64,000 bases of DNA from contig NC_045696.1 of the NCBI RefSeq assembly GCF_009834535.1, forward strand, positions 87,794,001 through 87,858,000, given 5' to 3'. Every line of letters begins with the position of its first letter. The stretch's first letter is position 1. The stretch comes from Camelus ferus. Taxonomy: Eukaryota. This document shows positions 1 through 12,739 of this stretch, piece by piece. A model generated the notes under the pieces. That model saw nothing but the letters and a program-made list of their open reading frames with translations, was not told the origin of the DNA and searched no databases. The translations under genes were made by a program, and so were the position numbers.

Positions 1-42
1 CATGCTAAGCACGTGCTCTACCACTGAGCTATATCCTCCCCC
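1..42 (-). mobile_element. 5' head of tRNA-derived SINE (camelid vic-1-like), cut by window edge
   Basis: Reverse complement reads GGGGGAGGATATAGCTCAGTGGTAGAGCACGTGCTTAGCATG, a Pol III A-box/tRNA-like SINE head. Confidence 0.8.
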
Positions 43-175
43 ACAGTGAATGATTCTTAATGCAGTGTTTTTCAGCATGCCCTCACCTTTGCTCCCATCA
101 GCTCTACACCTAACTTTTGCATCAGGCAACAGTGGACACGATTTCCTACACTTTTGAAGGCAATACAATGTAGGA

Positions 176-352
176 CAGTAGTTCTTAACAATGGCGGTAC
201 ATTTGTATCACCCAAGAGGCTTCAAAAATGTCCTGAGGCCCCGGCCTCACCCAAAGAGGTCTGATTTAATTGTTCTGGGATGGAAACTGGTCATTAATAA
301 TTACAAAACTTCCTTAAGTGATTCCAGGATGCACGTAGGATGCAAACAACTA
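176..352. mobile_element. MER5-like hAT-Charlie MITE
   Basis: CAGTAGTTCTTAAC start, TCTGATTTAATTG..CTGGGATGG core, AAGTGATTCC..ATGCA end. Confidence 0.65.
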
Positions 353-403
353 GTGTAGTGGGTTCAGGTAGCAGGTTCAAGAGTGAGATTGCTTTAGTTC
401 AGA

Positions 404-628
404 TCAGGAGTCAGCAAACTGTGGCTCACAGGCCAAATCTGGCCAGCTACTTGTTTCTGCAGATCACATTTATCAAAAACAGACATACACTCTTGTTTCA
501 GGCTTGTCTGTGGCTGCTTTCTCCCCACACAGGCAGAGCTGATGAGTCGTAGCAGAGACTACAGGATCCATCAAGACTAAAATGTTTACTATGGGCCTGT
601 TACAAAAAACAATTTTTCAATCTTTGGT
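404..628 (+). mobile_element. MER58A-like hAT-Charlie MITE
   Basis: CAGGAGTCAGCAAACTGTGGCTCACAGGCCAAATCTGGCC start; CTAAAATGTTTACTAT..GGCC..TTACA near end. Confidence 0.75.
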
Positions 629-672
629 TTAAATCCTAGATTTAAGGTCTATGATCCTAAAACTACTGAAAA

Positions 673-800
673 GCAGTGGTGTACTCGTAAATGTTTAATA
701 ACCAGTACCTGCAGGTTTGGAGAGGTGATGGCAGCATGGAAGACCTGATTTGTAGAATCTGCTTATTTCTGTGGTGTACATTTTTAATTTCAGATAGTTC
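673..800 (+). mobile_element. MER63-like hAT fragment
   Basis: CAGTGGTGTACTCGTAAATGTTTAATAACC terminus. Confidence 0.45.
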
Positions 801-849
801 ATATGCAGAAGTGGGAAGAAATGCACACAACTTGCTCTCATAAGAAGTC

Positions 850-1220
850 ATTTCATTATACTTGTGAGATTTATCCAAGTTGTTACAAGCAAGGGCAGTA
901 AGTTGTTTTCTATTGCTGAGTGGTACGCCATTGTATGAATACACCACAATCTGTTCACTCAGTCTCCTCCTAAGAGAGGTTTGCAGTTTTTTTTCAGTGT
1001 TTTGCAATTAGGAATACAGATGGTATGAACATGTTTATGTAGTATCTGGGCATATATGTGTCAAATTCACTTGGGTAAGTATATAGGCACCAAATTGCTG
1101 GGTCAGAAAAGAGATGTTCAACTATATAAGAAAATTCTAAACTGTAACAATGCAAAGGGACTAGTATGTCAAATGAGAAGGATCTGTCCATATTTTGCAA
1201 CCCATCAAAGACATGTATTA
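850..1220 (-). mobile_element. Ancient L1M (L1ME-like) fragment
   Basis: Antisense L1 motifs TTGTGAGATTTATCCA, CCATTGTATGAATACACCACAAT, AATTGCTGGGTCA. Confidence 0.6.
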
Positions 1221-2739
1221 TCTTAAAATATACCATAAATAAAATGCCATATAGAATTTTATAGTAATTTTAAATTGCAGACAATAAAATCATATAAATG
1301 TTTAAAGGATATCAAACAGTATAGTCAGTGTATACATTATGCAAATAAAACCAAGGGGAAAAAAATATCAATCACCAAACAGCTAGTAAGAGAACACCCC
1401 AAATATCTCTTCAGATTTTCTATTGGATTATAGTTTTAAAAAGTCACATATTCAAAAGTACATTGACTCATTTAGATATAGTTACTATAACATTACTATA
1501 TTCATATGCTGTGATAATTTTTGTAAGTCCCATTCTTAGCAAATCAAAACAACTTTGCTCAAATTATATGAATATTCCCAATGTACAATCCTCTTAGCAT
1601 AAGGGATTAAAAAAGAGCTTAACCCTAAAAAATCAATCACTCTCAACAGCCTTTTTTATTCTACCACCCTGCTCAATCCAAAAACAGTTCAAGGAGTTTT
1701 CTCTTTGTCCTTCATGTTACTTAGTTTCCCAATATATCTAGTGTAATAAGTGTAATAAAGAGGTCAGTGAATGTATTAGAGAGAAGAAACATTTTAGTTT
1801 ATATCTAGTTAAACTTACTCTTTACATCCGGTTAAACTTATGATCAAAAAAATCGTAACACCTCTCAGCCGAAAGATTACATATTGTGACTGAAGAGAGA
1901 AAAATAAGATTGAAAATTACATCTCAATAAAACGTTTTATTTCACCTTGAGCCAGTTAATAAGAAGGCTGTCTCTACATAGCAATGCTTTGGAATCATCA
2001 AACTCTATACAAAAATGCTGCATTTTCAAACTTTAGCTCTTATAAAGTTATAGGAACAACGGGAAACAATGAAAAGATGCAAATTTGTTGGAGAGAGGCT
2101 GAGTACTATCAAAAAGATTTATTTTTGAGTGTTCATAAGAGATGTCTCCATCGGAATTTTATTTTCCTTTTCTTCAAGAAGGCAGGAGTTCAGAGGAATA
2201 GAAAAATGGTTTATGAAGCAAAGGGATAAAGAAAAATGGAAAAGAATGTGGAAAAGGCAGCATCAAATGGAAATAAAGCTAAAATAAATTCATATTTACC
2301 AATACTAGAAAGATATAACCCTATCCCAATATCTCTTAGGCTGCAAAAGTGATCTATAAAAGTGCTTCTGAAACAAATACTTTAAAAATAGGACCTGAAA
2401 GAGACTATATGCAAAGAAACATAATTCTATAAATAATGTTTTGTTCTATTTTGTTATTTGGATACAGTATTTATAAATGGGACTGAGCGTAAAATACAGG
2501 AGACAACAATGGTACATGTTTTAAGAAAGAGTTCTATGAAAATTTCCAAATCATTCAGTAAAATGGGAAAAGCTACTGTACAATTACACAACAAAAGATA
2601 AAACAAAGACAGTAAAAAATCAAAAGTGAAATCAGGAGTGAGAACCCATGAAGCTGTATTTGTAGGAGAAAACACTAACTGAAGTAACATGAACCTGGAT
2701 AAGTAATCATATCACATTCCAACAAAATTTTGAAGGACC

Positions 2740-4260
2740 TTGCTCCGTGCAGTCTTTCAGAAACCCAGGCTCTCCTTCCTGGCGTGGTACTATCCTGCAG
2801 GTCTATGTGTTTCCCTAACATATGGCATTCCCAGCTCACTTCCCCCATGGGAACTGTTTTAAAGTTTATGGTGTGATTCTTGTGGTTTTCATTTTTCAGT
2901 CAATATTTACGAATTCCCTAAAAAAATACAGTTGCCTCAAAAACTTAGCCGTCTCCTGATCTATTTGGCTCCAGTCGGCTCTCTGAACTGGTAATCGTAC
3001 TCAAAGTTCTTAATATTGTTCTCAAATCTGCATTTATTTCTTTCCTTCTTTGCCTCACCCACATGCCCATATCCCTAACTTTAATGGTGGCTATGTTGCA
3101 AGTATCTGAAATAATAAACTAGGGTGTGAATGTAACACCACTGATCTCATATTTGCTGCAGGACTGAGTCAATGTTCAACTGCATAATCTCCATGGGTAT
3201 CCATAGCTCAGAGCTTTTTGGAAATCATACCCCTCATTATCCTTGGTCTGGAAACTTCCATAACCCTGAAAGACCCTAAAAGATTTCTGTATTCCATTTC
3301 CTGTTACCTCTGGTTGCAAATAGGCAAATCTTGCAAATTCAGAGCCCATTTGGTTTGTGTAATATCTTGTCAATGGCAAGAAATAGTAGCCCACACATTT
3401 ACATTTTTTTAACCCACTTTTCATAAAACTACTGACTCAAGGAGGCATATGATCCACTTTCTATGTTATTGTAGGAATTTCTTTCACCAAGTATCTTGCC
3501 ATCATGTAACATAGGCAGACATTTTGCCCGCCTCTGATACCAGTTTCTGTGTGACTTACCAGACTATAGTTAAATATGCCACATATTTTAGGTTTTGTTG
3601 AAGTGTCATCTCATTTTCAGTATCACTTTCTGTATTAAATGCTAACTGCAGAACTACAAGATCCCCTAACCTTAATGTGATAATGGTCTATTTCTCACTC
3701 ACATAATCTCACATGAATCAGCCCAGAGCTGCTGGAAGGCATGAATAGAAGCAGTTCTCTGCAATTATTTAGGGACCATGGCTCATTCTATCCTGCAGGT
3801 CCATTAATCTCTAGGGAAGGGGTCAACAAGCTATAAAGGGCCAGATGCTAAATATTTCAGTCTTTGTGGGTTACATGGTCTCAGCCAAACTACTCAACTC
3901 AGCCATTATAGCAGAAACTGGTTAATCAATGGGCATGAGTCTATTTCAATTAAATATTATTTACACAAGAAGGGAGCCAGCTAGATTTGGCCCATTGGCT
4001 GTAGTTGGCCAATTTCTACCCCAGGACTTCCAAAACTTCTGTTGGATGTTCTGTCTGTTAGACAAGGGAATAAACAGTGAATAAAATATTTCATGAGGGG
4101 CCAGGCCTAGAAGTGGCATATATTAGTTATGTGTGTATTCTTCCGGTTGTAACTCAGTATCATGGTTACCTAACTATAGTCAAGGCAGGGCAACATCACA
4201 TACTGTGTGCCCAAAAAAAAAAGAGAATTACTAGCACAGAGCTAGCATGGCCCTGCTACG
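2740..4260 (-). mobile_element. ERVL-MaLR remnant: MLT1K/L-like LTR (about 3631-4260), MLT1 internal region (about 2880-3630), possible second LTR scrap (about 2740-2800)
   Basis: GGCCAGGCCTAGAAGTGGCA and ACTCAGTATCATGG LTR motifs; GCCACATATTTTAGGTTTTGTT..CAGTATCACTTTCTGTATT LTR/internal junction; TGATCTATTTGGCTCCAGTC internal motif. Confidence 0.6.
3817..4018 (-). mobile_element. MER58A-like MITE nested in the MLT1 LTR
   Basis: AGGGGTCAACAAGCT..TAAAGGGCCAGAT..AAATATTT start; GATTTGGCCCA..GGCTGTAGTT.GCCAA end. Confidence 0.75.
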
Positions 4261-4489
4261 TAGATACAAAAAGAAAATGTTAACACCCACTAATATACTT
4301 TGGAATAACTGGCATTTTTAACATTTGAATAAATGGCAAAAGAGCTACATGAGACTGGTACTTGTAGAATTTCTGCTTGACTGGTCTCTCTGGGTATTGT
4401 TCCTGCTTTCTGTTGCATAATTCTCCCCATTAAAAAAAAAAAAAGGAATAGGACGTAAATTTATGTTTTTAGATACCATCTTCAATGCT

Positions 4490-4655
4490 TTCACTTATGA
4501 TCCTGTTTCACTGATAGCATCCCTGTGATGTCTGTATGATAATTTCTATTACACAGCGAAAACGGAAGCTCAGAGAAAGTCAATGATATGCAAAATCACA
4601 GCTAGTGGTGTAGCCAGGTAAGTAGCTTTTCTCTAACTCTAAATTAGTCCTCTTT
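4490..4655 (-). mobile_element. MIR SINE fragment
   Basis: GAAAACGGAAGCTCAGAGAAAGTCAATGATATGCAAAATCACAGCTAGT matches the antisense MIR core. Confidence 0.6.
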
Positions 4656-5197
4656 GCATGAAACCATGAAAACCTCTGAAAGTGGAAAGCTGTTCCTTGT
4701 GGTTTTAGCAGCTGAGACTTCTGTTTTAATAGAGGAGGGGATGAATGCTTATCATAATGGGTTTCCCCCAACATTGTTTCTTTAAAAATCAGTAAGGGAA
4801 GTATGCTATTTGGAGAATACAAAGACAGTGAGATTAATGTTTGAAAAGAAAGTATTTTAGCTTAGTTTGTACAAAGAAATCCCTCTCTTCAAAAACGTTT
4901 TCCTTACTAAATACCATTCACTTTAATCTTCTATGAATAGAGATACCTTGGGAACCCACTGCCTCGTTACAGTCCAATTATTTATTTAGGACTACTAGGT
5001 GAAACCTTACCTTACAAAATTCTGGTATGTTTATCAACTTTTACAATGTTCTTCCAAACGTCCTCAGTGCTGGTGACATCCACTTGTGCAAATTATGAAA
5101 AGGTTCATTGCACTCTGGGCAGTCCATCTTGTTAGGCAGAGAAATGACTGGGTTCTCAGTCTACTGCTGTCTTCCTGGCTGGTTACTCGTGGGTAAG

Positions 5198-5606
5198 ATA
5201 GTGGGCTCAGTGATGGGCTCCAAAATATCCAGTCCCAATCCCTAGAACCTGTGACTGTCACCTTACATGGAGAAGTTTTTGCAGATGCAATTAAATTAAG
5301 GATTTTGAGATGAGGAAATTACCCTGGATTATGTAGGTAGGTTGTAATTGCCATATGTATCCTTACAAGAAGGCAGAGGGAGGTTAGACAGACACACTCG
5401 GAGAAGACAGTGTGAAGATAAGGCAGAGGCAGAGACTGAAGTGATGTGCTCACAAGTCAGGGAATGCTGGCAGTCGGCGTAAGCTTGAAGATGCAAGGAA
5501 CAGATTTTCCCCTAGAGCCCAGGAGAGCACAAGTGACACAATTTCTGGTACTTTAAGCCACTAAGCTCACCGCAATTTGTTACAACTGCAACAGGAAATT
5601 GATAAA
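5198..5606 (+). mobile_element. MLT1C-like MaLR solo LTR
   Basis: AATCCCTAGAACCTGTGA, TTTGCAGATGCAATTAAATTAAGGATTTTGAGATGAG, GCAAGGAACAGATTTTCCCCTAGAGCC, TTTAAGCCACTAAG. Confidence 0.8.
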
Positions 5607-6002
5607 GGCAGTATGTGAATAATCCCAACTCTGGAGCAACTTCCACTCTGTGAAGAGCAGTGTAAGAAAAGAAATATCCTGTCTCTTCAGATGCATCATT
5701 TGACTCTTGAAAACTACTTCCACTTCCTTAGTTTGTGCTCTCATCAACTACAATTTTAATGCCTTCCTACAGTTTCTTTTCATATTATGAATAAAACAAC
5801 ATTCTATATTCTATGCTACCACCTATTGTTTAGATGCTTTGTCCAAATCAATTCAATGATCAAACTGTGGTTTTCCAAGTGTTGCATTTATCCATTCCAT
5901 CTATGTTTCCCAATGTTCTATTTCTTATCATGTTATCTACTTTCCTCTAGTCCACTGACCAAAGATTTTCTTACCAATTCTAAGCTTCATTTCCCATATC
6001 CT

Positions 6003-6215
6003 TTTTTTTTTCTTTGTATTTTTTTAATTGAAGTACAGTCAGTTACAATGTGTCAATTTCTGGTGTAGTGCACAATGTCCCAGTCATGCATAGACATACA
6101 TTTCTTTCATATTCTTTTTTTACTAAATGTTATTACAAGATATTGAATGTAGTTTCCTGTGCTATACAGAAGAAACTTGTTTTTTTAAATCTATTTTTAT
6201 ATATAGTGGCTAACA
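6003..6215 (-). mobile_element. Young (camelid-type) L1 3' end, 5'-truncated
   Basis: Poly-T followed by AATTGAAGTACAGTCAGTTACAATGTGTCAATTTCTGGTGTA; imperfect TSD CCCATATCCTTT / CTCATATTCTTT. Confidence 0.8.
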
Positions 6216-7070
6216 CTCATATTCTTTATGTTTATAAAAGGCTTCTTTATTGCTATGTTCAATAAAACACTCCAACTGTAATTTCCAGCCTATATTCCCC
6301 AAATTGCCTCTCCTAAACTAGTAAAGAAAATTTCAGATCTGGGCAAACTGAGGTTCCCAAGGAAAACCAGAAATAAACTGAATGTGGGACAACCATCAAA
6401 GGTAGGAAGTTATTGGGCGCAAAGAATCTACTTAAACTTGTCCTCTAAACAGCAACTTGCTAAAAAGTTACCCTTTAAATTGAAATCCACTGGCAGAGTC
6501 TGAAAGCAGAATACAGAGCCATGAGAGGATAGAAGGGAGAGGAATCAACCACTCATCTGCCTCTCAGTTTTCCCTTTCTATTCCTCTGTCATTTTTAACT
6601 CTGATTTCCCTTAAGTCTGCACAGCCCTTATCACAATGATTCTCCTCAGAATGAACAAAGAGTGAAACTAGGCCACTTAAAAATACAAAGATACCAGAGG
6701 CAGAGAAAGAATTGGGAAGAAGTAAGGAAACGAGGTCCACTACTTATATTCTCCTATTTCTCTTCTTTTTTTTTTTTTTTCCAGTATCAGACCCATTCCT
6801 CGTCAATAAAAAACCACATCCCAAAGACCCAGTGCTTAGATCTTAAATCTAAATCCTAACATTTCTTTATTTATACATCTACACATACATATTGCATACA
6901 TACTGCTACTTTGAGTCACAAAGTAATATATACTCTACACATTCCTAAAGTAATCTGAAGAAACAGAAAATGAGATTTTAAAAAAAAATCATGTAAGAAT
7001 TGACAGAGAGATATAAAAATAGTAAGTTCTGAGCTAGTGTTAAAGATAGTAAGTGAAGTGAGGTCTCTCC

Positions 7071-7586
7071 TGTCAAGAAATATGAAGGGCCTGGGATTTT
7101 ATCCTGCTCATAAACCCACAAGGGAGATGGTCACAGTTGCATGGATACTGGCAGAAGATGCAGCGCAGTAAGAAACATGAGCTTCGTGTTAGTGTCAGTT
7201 CTCCTGGTCCTTCAAGTCCCATAGGGCAACACAGAGTGGACTGTGCATGCAGCCCACCCCAGACATTCACTCTCTGCTGCCCTGTGGGACTCAAGGGGGC
7301 CAGGGGATGTCTTCACAGCTGAAGAGCGTGGAGCTCCGGAAATCCCATGTTGTTATCCCAGGCAGCAAGCACACCTGCCTAAATTTTGCCGCAGTGGGAA
7401 AGACTATCTTTTCTATGCTGGACAGCAAATAAACCAGTTGTCTGGTTCAAAGGAGATGGTCTTTCTCCCAAGACTGTTTGCTATTTTAAAAAAATCCTAG
7501 AAAACAGTCTAGAACAAAAATGGTCAGCACCTCTGTTCACAAGATGTGCAGAAATGTGAGAGACCAATGGAAGGTTGTCCCTCAGC
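7071..7586 (-). mobile_element. ERVL solo LTR of the MER54/MER73/MER74 group
   Basis: Reverse complement of the right end, TGAGGGACAACCTTCCATTGGTCTCTCACATTTCTGCACATCTTGTGAACAGAGG, matches this LTR group's 5' end. Confidence 0.7.
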
Positions 7587-8709
7587 CGCTCCTTTGACAT
7601 GGTAATGAGGGAAACATATTAGACTGTGAGATTCATGGGGAATTGATAAAAAGAAGTATCAAGCAAATAAGCTCAGCTTTTTCAACTAACTTTTCTGTAT
7701 TTTCAGAGCTTCCGAGCTATAAGGTTGGTTATCAGAGTTTACCTTCTATTATTTAATGATGGAATTAAAGAGAAATGTACCAATTTAAAAGCAACATAAG
7801 CTGGAAAATCTGTTCATCAGTACTAGATTAATCCAATCACATATTGTCCACTCTTGCAACACAAGGATACTGTAGTACATGTTAATCATCCATCGTCACC
7901 TTGCCCTAGTAACTTGCTATTTTGATGTGTATATCATAAAGATAAAGGAGTCCATGGTTCAAACAATTAGACTTCATTTTATGACTTGTATATTTCACCA
8001 ATATTACAGAAAATTACCATTAGAATATTTAGTTCATCAGCTTTCTCTGAGCCTGCACTGAAAGAGTGTAACTGTGGTATCAGCAATGCCACTGCTTTGT
8101 GGAAAGTCCAGACACACGTGGCTTCTATAGTCCCCACTGTGTCATGTGAAGAAATTCAAGGGAAATTCAAAATAAAGTTTAACTGAGCCAACAAATGGTG
8201 AAGGTTCAGTGTTCAGAAAAGAGAGTGATAGCCTTAATTCAACATTTTTCCTTTTGTTGTTATATTTAGTTGGCCATTTGTTTCAAGTTTATCAATGATG
8301 TTAACTCTGAACACCTTGAATTTTGCTGCAGTATGATTTCATTCCTAAATGCAAAAAAGACATCAAAAGCCAGCGGCACTGCCCAACTACTTTCACCAGA
8401 ATCTACTTGTGAATTTCAGTTCTTGAAGCCTGAAAACTAATACGAGCTATTATCAGGTCAGGCAGCCCAGTGGCTGTTCTGACATCACAAATGGCTACAG
8501 ACAGCTCTGGACATTTGCTGTGAAAATTTCATCTTTTATCTTTTATTTTGTTGTGTTTCTTTAAAAGCAATAAGAGCTCTTTTCAGAAGAGAGTAAAGTA
8601 AGGAAAAGATGTCTCCATTAATTACATTTTCTATAAAGATTTTGCTCTGTTTTCTCCCACTCTTATTTTCTAGACATGTAAATATATATATATATATCTT
8701 TTTCTCTTA

Positions 8710-8940
8710 CAGCATCTAGTCATTTTCAATGATTGCATAATACTCTATTCAATGGCTACACTGTGATATATTTAAACATTTCTCCGTTCATAAACATATG
8801 TTTTCTGTTTACCTTTATTTTTATTAATATGACTGTAAAAATTATGCAAGGGGCATCTTGTTGTATATAGCTTTTTCATGATTACAATTATTCCTCAAGA
8901 TAGAATGTCAGAGGGGGAAAGACTGTATCAAAGTTAAGAA
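8710..8940 (-). mobile_element. Ancient L1ME-like fragment
   Basis: TCATTTTCAATGATTGCATAATACTCTATT..ATTTAAACATTTCTCC antisense L1 3' motif. Confidence 0.5.
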
Positions 8941-9182
8941 AAAAATGTTATTATGAAATTATCAAAAGTTATGTATTACATATACTTCCCATGTATTTAT
9001 TCTTATATATTTCTTCTTTTTCCTCTAGATATATCACTCACACTAACTTTCATGGTGACTATCTTATGTGACGATCAAAAGGACACAGTTCCCATCACTA
9101 GTTAGCTGGAAGAAATCATTCAAACAATGAACTCTTGAAGAATTTATTCAGCTTGTTGAGAGACTTTCCAGGATTGATCTTT

Positions 9183-9365
9183 AGTGCTTTATTTTCCCTA
9201 TAGTCTTTAATCTCCATAAAAACAGACTAGAAGTTAGGTGTTATAAATCAGATTCTATAGGTAAAGAAAATTATGTCTCAAAGCAGTTAGGTGATTTATC
9301 CAAGGTCATATCTAATAAGAGGTAAAGCTAGAATTCAAACCTATGTTGGTCTTGACATTCAGCTA
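9183..9365 (-). mobile_element. MIR SINE
   Basis: GTTAGGTGATTTATCCAAGGTCATA..AGAGGTAAAGCTAGAATTCAAACC. Confidence 0.65.
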
Positions 9366-10559
9366 CACTATTTTTCTCACCAAAATATTGAAGACCTAGT
9401 AGCCCTTCTATGGGTGAACTTTTAGGGACCTATAAAAGATTGTGTGTGTGTGGAGAGAGACAAAGACAGAGAAATAAGCCATTCCCAACAATGCTCGAAT
9501 CTTACCTCTACACTGTCATTTTCTCAGGTGAATTATCATCATGGGACTGTCAAAGATTTTAGTGATGAATAAATCACACGCCAAAGAGTCTCTTGCTTCA
9601 AGGTTAGCATAGCATGGACCTATTTCATTCAATCCATTTTACATCTCTACAGTTGAATTCACTGTAAAATTCTGCAAATTTTCTATTTAAATACATTTGA
9701 AGGCAGGTTTCTCTGAATTTTTTCAGTTATATTATATGTATCTTGCCCCTTATTTGATATACCTTTTCACCTAGACAAAGGTGTATTAAATGCAAGATAG
9801 TCTTTCCTATGTACATTGAACTACATTTTCTTGGAAAAATTTCCAAAACACATTCCAGTGAAGACGTATTTTAAAACACTGGTCCAATGTTCATTACTTC
9901 TTAGAGAAAAATGCCCTAAAATCAACTCCATATGACCAGTCTCAATGATCATTATATGCCAATGGCTCCAGAAGATTTAATACAGAGATGACAGTGACAC
10001 AATTATGGAACCTAGACCATTTCACCTTTAAGGAAATTAACAGATTTGCTTCCATGAACCCACTAATCTTGACACCTTTCTTTTCATGATTTGCACCTGG
10101 TAAATCACAAGATTTAAATCTGGTAAGGGAAACAACAAATACAATGCTCATTAATTGTATCTGCTCCCTTATATGTCACCCTGCCTAAAATAAAACCACT
10201 AGAAAATCCTACAAGAGAGATATTAAAATATAATTTTGGAAATCTACAAAAAGAAAAACATATTTTAATATTATAAATTAGTTAAAATTAGCAAATTTAG
10301 ATATTTTTATTGAATAAATCTCTTATCAAAATAGAGACATTTTGAGAAAAATATATAAGAATCAAGTTGTGTGGATATCATAATGCTTCTTATTTGGGGA
10401 AACCAACTAACTTCTTTTAGTTTTCCAAGTTCCTCAATAAACAAGTTATTGTTAACATCAAAGTTTCACCTCTAGGGAGCTACTTTTTCAAATAATATAT
10501 CAGACATATCCTGATAACTACTGATGGCAGATACTAATATCAATTAATACATAAAGTTT

Positions 10560-10680
10560 ATAATAGTGGTTAAGATTTATAGAGGACTAATTATGTACAT
10601 TTACTTCACAATAATCCTAAGAGGTCATTGCTATTATTATTATCTCCTTATTATGTTGAGAAAACTGAGGCAAAGAGAGT
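10560..10680 (-). mobile_element. MIR fragment interrupted by the following LTR
   Basis: CTTCACAATAATCCTAAGAGGT..ATTATTATCTCC..GAGAAAACTGAGGCAAAGAGAG. Confidence 0.65.
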
Positions 10681-11075
10681 GTTTGGTCTAATACTAGCTG
10701 CTATAATAAACAAACAAACAAACAAACAACAAAATGCATAATGGCTCAAATAAGATAGTTTACTTATCATTCACAAAATAATCTACTTCCACCACGTATC
10801 TCCTCAAATCAAGATTCAGAGAACCTGGGTTCTGTATAATCAAAATTTGATGACTCATTTACATGAACTTCACAGAAGGGGAAGGAGAATAGAAGATCAA
10901 AGGAAGAGGTTTTTATTGGCTCTGCCTAAAAGGAATGGCATGTGTGAGCACATTTTATTGACTGGAACTTTATCACATAGCCTTACCAACCTGCAAAGGA
11001 GGCTGGGAAATGTCATCTTTCTGTATTCTTACAAAGAAAAGAAAATGGTTTTAGTGTGAGTAGTCAATTTCAACC
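10681..11075 (-). mobile_element. MLT1K/L-like MaLR LTR
   Basis: CTAGCTGCTATAATAAAC..AATGGCTCAAATAAGATAG; CTGCAAAGGAGGCTGGGAAATGT. Confidence 0.65.
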
Positions 11076-11384
11076 TAAGGAATCAATGCTGCACACACAG
11101 TTAAGTATAAAATGATTCTTCTTATCTGATTACTAAAGCAGATTATGGATTTTGAAAATTTGGAAAATACTAATGAGTATGAAGAAAAACATTTAAAAAC
11201 CACCAAGAATATCATCATTTGGGGAAAATCAGCTTTGGCACACTTTATACTTTATGTTTCCTTGCATATTTTCCACTGCATATACTGATATATTATCTTT
11301 TAAACTCCATTTTTATATTTGTTTAAAGAAAATGCATCAATATGAGTATATATTATTTTATTCTATGTTCTATAACTAAAAAAT

Positions 11385-11830
11385 TGATTTTTCAACCTAT
11401 GGAAGCTAGAAGATAGTGAAAAAATATCTTTAAAGCCATGAAAGGAAAAACAGCATGGAATTCTATACCTAGCACAATTAGCCTACCAAAAAATAGAGTC
11501 AAAAATTAAAATATTTTTAGTTAAAGAGAATTTGAAAGAATTTATTTTCATAAGACTTGCAAAAAATATTAAAGACAGTTCTTGGATGTGAAGTAAAATT
11601 ATTCCAGAGCAAACAAGAAGGGATGAAGAATGCTAGATAGGATAAATATGTGAGTAAATTAAAAAGGATGTTGACTGGTTAAAAGAATAATAAAGGTAAC
11701 ACTGACATAACACACATAAAACTAAAATATAAGACAATGACATAACGGTGTAAATGGAAGAGACTATTGAGAAGATTTTTTTTATGTTTTGGGAAGTAAA
11801 AAAATGTTAATTGACATATATGGGAGATAT
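11385..11830 (+). mobile_element. Ancient L1M ORF1-end/inter-ORF fragment
   Basis: ATGGAAGCTAGAAGATAGTG..ATATCTTTAAAG..GAATTCTATACCTAGC resembles the L1 ORF1 C-terminal region. Confidence 0.55.
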
Positions 11831-11857
11831 TATATAATAAATCTCTCTAAAAGAAAC

Positions 11858-11956
11858 TGTATGTATATGTGTGTGTGTATATATATGTGTGTGTGTGTGT
11901 GTGTATGTGTGTGTTATATATACAAACACATACACACATATATGGAGAGAGAGAGA
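11858..11956. repeat. Compound (TG/TA/CA/GA)n microsatellite
   Basis: Visible dinucleotide runs. Confidence 0.9.
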
Positions 11957-12739
11957 ATGAGAGAATTGTGAATATATTTTTAAACGGTCTTTAGATACAC
12001 ACACTGAAATACACACAGATTAAAAAAATATGAGATTTTTCTCAAAATAACTTAGGAGGGGGAAGGTAGTGGGTGAATGGATGATTGTTTTAGCTGGGTA
12101 TTGGGTACTTGGGGGCACATTTGTCTCTTCTATCTCTGTGGAAGGAATTAATCTTTCCTATGGAAATTGGAAAAATGGCATTCTGGCATTACATTTAAAA
12201 CACATACAACTTTATAAAATTACACCTTTTTCTGTTTCTCTCTACCTGTCTTTCAAAATACCTTTTATGTGCACTCTCTGCAATGAATATCTAATTTTTT
12301 TTCTTCTGTCTACTATATCTCTCTGCCTATTCCAGGGGAAAGTTAACTGGCCTCAGAATTTTCCAGTTTCTCCTCACTTTCACTACTCTAATCTATAGAC
12401 TACCAAGAAAGAGGTGGGTTAAGTAGAAACTCTCTTAAAATGTGAACACTTGGGAGGAGAAGGAAAGTGGACAGTATTCTTTCAGGGGGAAGAGAAGATG
12501 GAGAGACCAGGATTGCTCACTGTTCATCTGTTCTTATCATTTCTCTTAATATATCCCTTCTAATTCTCAGGCTTGTTATGAAACTATTGACTTCACATGA
12601 AGAAAACCTAACACAGAACCTAGCAAGTGGCAAATACTTCACAGCTAATATCGTCTCTTGCACTCTGTTTATACTGTGCTTTCACGTATCAGCTATTCAC
12701 ATATACTGTTTCATCATGTCATGTGATTACAAATAGAAC

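Noticed and set aside
1..42. tRNA gene
   Set aside because: The sequence is a tRNA-like SINE head with a G-rich leader, truncated by the window. No full cloverleaf can be assessed.
2899..2990. Plus-strand exon candidate (NIYEFPKKIQLPQKLSRLLIYLAPVGSLN)
   Set aside because: It lies in what appears to be antisense MLT1 internal sequence.
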